Under the pieces are notes generated by a model. That model was not told the origin of the DNA. It worked only from the letters and a program-made list of their open reading frames with translations, and did no database searches. The position numbers and the translations under genes were made by a program. A DNA stretch of 63,932 nt, counting the filler, from Stramenopiles sp. TOSAG23-3 (Eukaryota), in the NCBI GenBank assembly GCA_900128585.1. It is 57 parts of 57 records of this genome, joined end to end, with 100 filler letters (N's around TTAATTAATTAA, not from the genome) between each part and the next. Parts side by side here need not be neighbours in the genome. Positions count along the whole stretch, not along the records: positions 59,585 to 60,596 come from LT646708.1; positions 60,697 to 61,708 come from LT646709.1; positions 61,809 to 62,820 come from LT646710.1; positions 62,921 to 63,932 come from LT646711.1; 53 more parts are not named here. One strand, given 5' to 3'. Below, in pieces: positions 59,615 through 63,932 of this stretch; the first letter of the stretch is position 1, and every line of letters begins with the position of its first letter.

Positions 59615-60595
59615 TTGACGGGCTATGAAAATAAGGATTTTATTTGCACGGGTGCTTGGCGGTACGATGAGCCAGTGCAGGATCTGTGTACACTGAAGTG
59701 CGATTCCGATGATGACTGCTCAAATTTCTGGAACGCGCTGAAGACGCTAAACATCGACGACAATGAATTCTTGGACAAGGACAAATATAATAATGATCCT
59801 AACAACAAATGGATTTGCGGCGGAATGGGTGCCACAGACCCTAGTGGATTAGGGGGTCTAACGCCGGCCTATGGCTATTGTAAACTTAAGAAAGACGGCA
59901 AGGAAGAGTTTTATGATGAACATACTTTGACGGCATCATGTGAATCAAACTCGGATTGCAGTGAATGGGAAACTACTGATTGCCCACGATACTGTGAGCC
60001 GAATACGAAACGATGCCTGGAATCGTGTGAATTCAGTTGCGACATCGGGTCTGGAAGCTTGCAGTGTGGTGCCTCATTCAAATATTTAACCAATCCAAGA
60101 TTTAAAATGTCAAACTTAAATGAGAACAGTCTCAATACTTTCCTGGCGGATAATCCATCCAGGTTGGTCTGTTTAAACAACAAGCATCGCTATGCCCCCT
60201 CGCTTCCCAACGCTTGGGAAGAAATGGGAGACTTTGGCAGCCCTGAGGAATATTACAGGACCAAATGGTATAGGTTTCATGTAGGAATGTGCCACGTCTC
60301 TTGCTCTTCAGACAACGACTGCATGGCATTTGCGGACATTCTTTACGGTGTTGGCGAGGGATCTGGCTTCCGAACCTGTCGCTTTGACAGCGACGGCGTG
60401 GGCGCGTGCGGCGATCCATGCAAATCCGATGGAGACTTTTGCACTCCCGGTAATCGAAACGGTGTCGAATGCTGCAGTGGAAAATGTGGCAGTGACGGAA
60501 AATGCTTTACACCGAAACCCCTTTGCGCGACAAGTTCCGAATGCCCCGGGTTTTTGGGAACATTGGCCGCGAATCAATCTGCGTTGCTTCCATTC
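59615..60595 (+). CDS. Cys-rich extracellular protein (fragment)
   Basis: Repeated C.SD.DC units; CCSGKC. Confidence 0.7.
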
Positions 60596-60698
60596 ANNNN
60601 NNNNNNNNNNNNNNNNNNNNNNNNNNNNNNNNNNNNNNNNTTAATTAATTAANNNNNNNNNNNNNNNNNNNNNNNNNNNNNNNNNNNNNNNNNNNNGC

Positions 60699-61706
60699 TA
60701 CTGTGTTCACGGGACCGTTCGAAAAGGGCATGGTCTTGAGCTCACTCTGAGTCTCTGCGATTCTAAAGTGAAGCATAGCGCAGGGATACTTAATGGATCG
60801 CATGGGTTGCGCTCTGTTTTTACCGGTAATCAATACAATTTTCACGTGGACTTTGCTGGGAATATTTACCCGGCCTTTGCAATTCCGGGCAGCGAATCGC
60901 TAGCGGCGTGGTTTCTGCCTTTAAAAATGCATATACGGAATTTGAAAACCCTGAACATGGGAAACTCAATCAATTTCACATTGGGGGCAATGCAACTCTC
61001 AAGACCAACGCTGATGAAAACATTACAGAATTTAATGGACAATGGAGACCCTCTATTTTCCCTTGATGTCATCTTTGACAAACCAGAGACCAAACAAATT
61101 GTAGTTCGAGCTGTCACGAGTGCCTCAAAAATAATCTCGTCGCTGGCGAACGGCTCAAACGCCATTTTGGTTCGGGGCGTCACTGACGGACCGAGAAGAG
61201 CGGAGTACGATCGATTAATTCGTGAAGCTGACAGCCGTCGAAACCCAGGATTTCGGTGCTCGACAGTACTGAACATTTTCCGGTATCTGTTTTTCCCAGC
61301 GTTGTTTGGTTGTTTTGCATGGTATCTGATGTTGTATGACTACAGCTCTCCTGCAGTAACCACCCGTGGCCTGCGCGTCCGCCCACTGTTTTCCGACAGC
61401 GTGCCCAGGTTGATCAGGTTCGGAATGTACATAGAGGGTGACAACACGACCGCCTGGTATGGGCACAAAGTAACTGCGCCTGGTTTTGAGTTTTAACTCC
61501 CCCCAATTCCAAGATCTAAACTGATTGCGTTCCAACTGGGAGCGATATGGCAAAAACTGGGAGGAGGGGAAGACGAAGACGAAGTCCCCCTCTTGGGCCA
61601 AGAAAAACTATTTGACGAAGCTGCTATGTTGCTGAATCGACCGAAATCGTTCATAAAATCGGTCAACCAATTAACAGCTGTTCTAAACAATTTGAGATTA
61701 GAGGAC
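60699..61706 (+). CDS. Hypothetical single-TM protein, probably spliced (introns 61356-61434 and 61470-61513)
   Basis: Open 60699-61355; two GTAAC...AG introns around a 35-nt exon restore a continuous frame past the TAA at 61494. Confidence 0.5.
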
Positions 61707-61808
61707 AANNNNNNNNNNNNNNNNNNNNNNNNNNNNNNNNNNNNNNNNNNNNTTAATTAATTAANNNNNNNNNNNNNNNNNNNNNNNNNNNNNNNNNNNN
61801 NNNNNNNN

Positions 61809-62818
61809 AAGGAGTCGTAGCACGTGTACAGGCTCAGCTGCCCCATGTCCACGGTGATCTCGGTCGGAATCCGGGTGCCTTTGCCGTCCTCGGAAGCTTC
61901 TCCCGGGCTGGCCCCAGCGGCCTTTGGCTCCCGATCCGTGATCAGGACGCTCACGTGGTCCAGCCCCATGACTTTCACGAACCCCGCGCTGCACAAAATG
62001 TGCTCCACGTCCCAGATGGTAAGTTTCGTCGGCCTCGTCGTCGACGCCGCCGCCATTCCGGGCGCGCGCCCCGCGTCCATGTACCGCGTGCCGACCTGGC
62101 TGGAGAGAGAGTTCGCGGCCCGCCGCAGACTCATCATGGGGTGGTTCTGCACGTTTGAGAACCGTTGGCTGCGCGGCCGTTCCCCGTGGAGAGGGTGGAC
62201 GAGCTCCAAGCACTGGCTTTCGCCGACGTGGTACGGGATCCGGTTCTGCCGAACCAAGCACGCGACGTCGTCCATTCCGACCTGGAACGTGCTGCTGTCG
62301 CTGGACCCTACGATCGTGGACGATATTTGAAACGATCCAATGGACAGGATGCACCGCGTATCGATGTGGGCCGGCGTGTAGTCGACGAGCGTGTCGTGGA
62401 ACCGGACGTGCACGGACGTGTACGTGTCGTCCTCCTCGGGCCCCTTCGGGTCGTCGCCCGAAACCGTCGCGTCCGCCGGCTTGCGCCGTCGCGGGTTAAG
62501 GACCAGGCCAAGCATTCGGAAGAGCCACCCGGACGTGACGTTGTACCGAAAGGTGCTCCCGTAGACGTCCCCGTCGACCTTTCCCTCGACCAAGGTGCCG
62601 ACCGGCTCCTGGTGGACCGCGCCAGCCGGGGCGTAGACCGGCTTGTAGTCGTTCGACACAATCATCCATAGAAGGACGCCGTACGCGCAGTTCCCAAACG
62701 GGACGTGGGTCGCGTATTTCTTCAAATCGTCGCAGTCGCTCCCCCATTTTGTTCCATACAGGACGGGGTCCTGGGGGCCGGCCGCCGCGGGGGCGGCGGG
62801 GCTTTCCTTCAGGACCAG
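61809..62818 (-). CDS. ATG2: Autophagy protein ATG2-like (internal fragment)
   Basis: LVDYTP...F.ISSTIV...AGFVKV...LSLYTCYDS resembles the ATG2 TCxDS region. Confidence 0.65.
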
Positions 62819-63060
62819 GTNNNNNNNNNNNNNNNNNNNNNNNNNNNNNNNNNNNNNNNNNNNNTTAATTAATTAANNNNNNNNNNNNNNNNNNNNNNNN
62901 NNNNNNNNNNNNNNNNNNNNGGTGGTAGAAAATAATATAAATACATACACAATAGAGACTTAAAACTCTTACAGTCATAAAAGAGTTGTTGCAATCGTCA
63001 AGTCAACGGAAGGGAAAGAAAATTCCAACGCGATCGAGCGTATGGATCTAATCCGTGCTC

Positions 63061-63930
63061 ATGAGTAGAACGATGATAGTGTCAATTGCCAGGTGTACGC
63101 AAAAAAATCTGCGAAAGGTAGCGGCCGACAGTGGGACAGCGCAGCTGTTGACAATTCCGTACTCGCATTATTGCGAGTTTGCGCGTTGGTCTTTGGAAGC
63201 GAACGGCGTGGCATACAATGAACACGGGTACCCGCCTGGGGGGCATGTGCTCCCTGCTTTGGCGCTGCGTTTAGGTGGAAGCGAGAAGCATCTTTCAAAT
63301 AGCTCCAAAGTGCAGGCAATAGGGAAACCGCCCAGGAAAATACATGCGACTGCAGTGCCCGCCGTTGTCATGCCAACGGGGAACGTCTATACAGACAGTT
63401 GGCAAGCTGCAGAGGCACTGTTCCCGCCCGAAAAAATAAAGCATATCGAGGGTTTGAAGGAGTTTTTTGACCACCGCGTCGCTGTTCTAGCCCGGCAATT
63501 TGTATACATAGCTTTATTATGCCCTCAGAACGATAACGTGTGGGACGGTCTGTGCTACGATGACGGGGGATGGGTGTTCAAAACCATTTGGCGGTTGGGG
63601 GGCAAGGCATGGCTGACGAGCCGAATGCAAGATACGTTTCAGACCAGCAATGAGGTGGAGAAAGGCAACTGCGTCGAGGGCCTCTTGGATGCTTTTGGTC
63701 ACGTAGACAAGACCTGGCTCAGTGGGATCGGAGAGGGAGAATACTTGGGTGGAACTGAGCCGTGCATGGAAGATTACGCGCTGGCGTCCTTGAGTGCCCC
63801 CGTGATCCTTCCTGACTTGTACTGTGGTGGACAGTACGCTCATTTTTTTAACAAACTGATGGAGCAGGACAATGAATTCTCTTCGATGGTCCATCGATTA
63901 AGGGATACAAAGTGCGGCAAACTCACGCTG
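63061..63930 (+). CDS. Glutathione S-transferase family protein (not in the ORF track; runs off the window)
   Basis: Own translation: LLTIPYSHYCEFARWSL, TAVP...TDSW, YLGGTEPCMEDYALASLSAPVILP. Confidence 0.85.
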   Translation, partial: MSRTMIVSIARCTQKNLRKVAADSGTAQLLTIPYSHYCEFARWSLEANGVAYNEHGYPPGGHVLPALALRLGGSEKHLSNSSKVQAIGKPPRKIHATAVPAVVMPTGNVYTDSWQAAEALFPPEKIKHIEGLKEFFDHRVAVLARQFVYIALLCPQNDNVWDGLCYDDGGWVFKTIWRLGGKAWLTSRMQDTFQTSNEVEKGNCVEGLLDAFGHVDKTWLSGIGEGEYLGGTEPCMEDYALASLSAPVILPDLYCGGQYAHFFNKLMEQDNEFSSMVHRLRDTKCGKLTL

Positions 63931-63932
63931 AA

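Noticed and set aside
61494..61496. In-frame TAA followed by ~70 open codons as stop-codon reassignment or readthrough
   Set aside because: A two-intron model removes it; TAA, TAG and TGA terminate other genes normally (e.g. 10006, 32802, 46688).
1..63932. Operon-like or defence-island clustering of neighbouring genes (e.g. WD40 + LRR + RCC1)
   Set aside because: Contigs are ordered by length, so adjacency across linkers carries no information.

Overview
This window is not a contiguous locus. It is a pseudo-scaffold of 57 unrelated contigs of about 1.01-1.035 kb, sorted by decreasing length and joined by an artificial 100-nt linker (44 N + TTAATTAATTAA + 44 N). Gene neighbourhood across linkers is therefore meaningless, and nearly all genes are truncated. 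The content is eukaryotic and points to a flagellated protist, probably a marine heterotrophic stramenopile SAG/MAG (inference). Recognisable genes are NME7/NDK7, a retinoblastoma-related protein, XPB, CNOT3/Not3, Aurora kinase, an ATG2-like protein, a Ulp1/SENP protease, pyruvate kinase, aminopeptidase N, an A1 aspartic protease, an SLC49-type MFS transporter, an HMG-box protein, a MYND protein, a GST, tRNA-Arg(TCG), and many EGF, IPT, LRR, RCC1, WD40 and ankyrin surface or repeat proteins. Intergenic DNA is AT-rich with GAAA microsatellites. The main unexplained structure is a dispersed ~57-bp AT-rich repeat family (AAAACAAGAAAATTGGCTGTTATTTAAGTAATTAAAATTAATGTACTGCGAACTGAA). It occurs on four independent contigs in both orientations, including a 59-bp near-perfect palindrome, and looks MITE-like. 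Other oddities are a contig with perfect 79-bp inverted ends, an FNR-type reductase followed by a cytochrome b5 domain, an NPPY methyltransferase-like/M48 peptidase apparent fusion (possibly chimeric), a HIT-like protein with HxHxK, a small secreted Cys-rich precursor with tandem FGRK sites, a perforin-like gene start and one phage-like AT-rich contig. No multi-gene system can be demonstrated from fragments this short. All family assignments are by motif recognition, without database searches.
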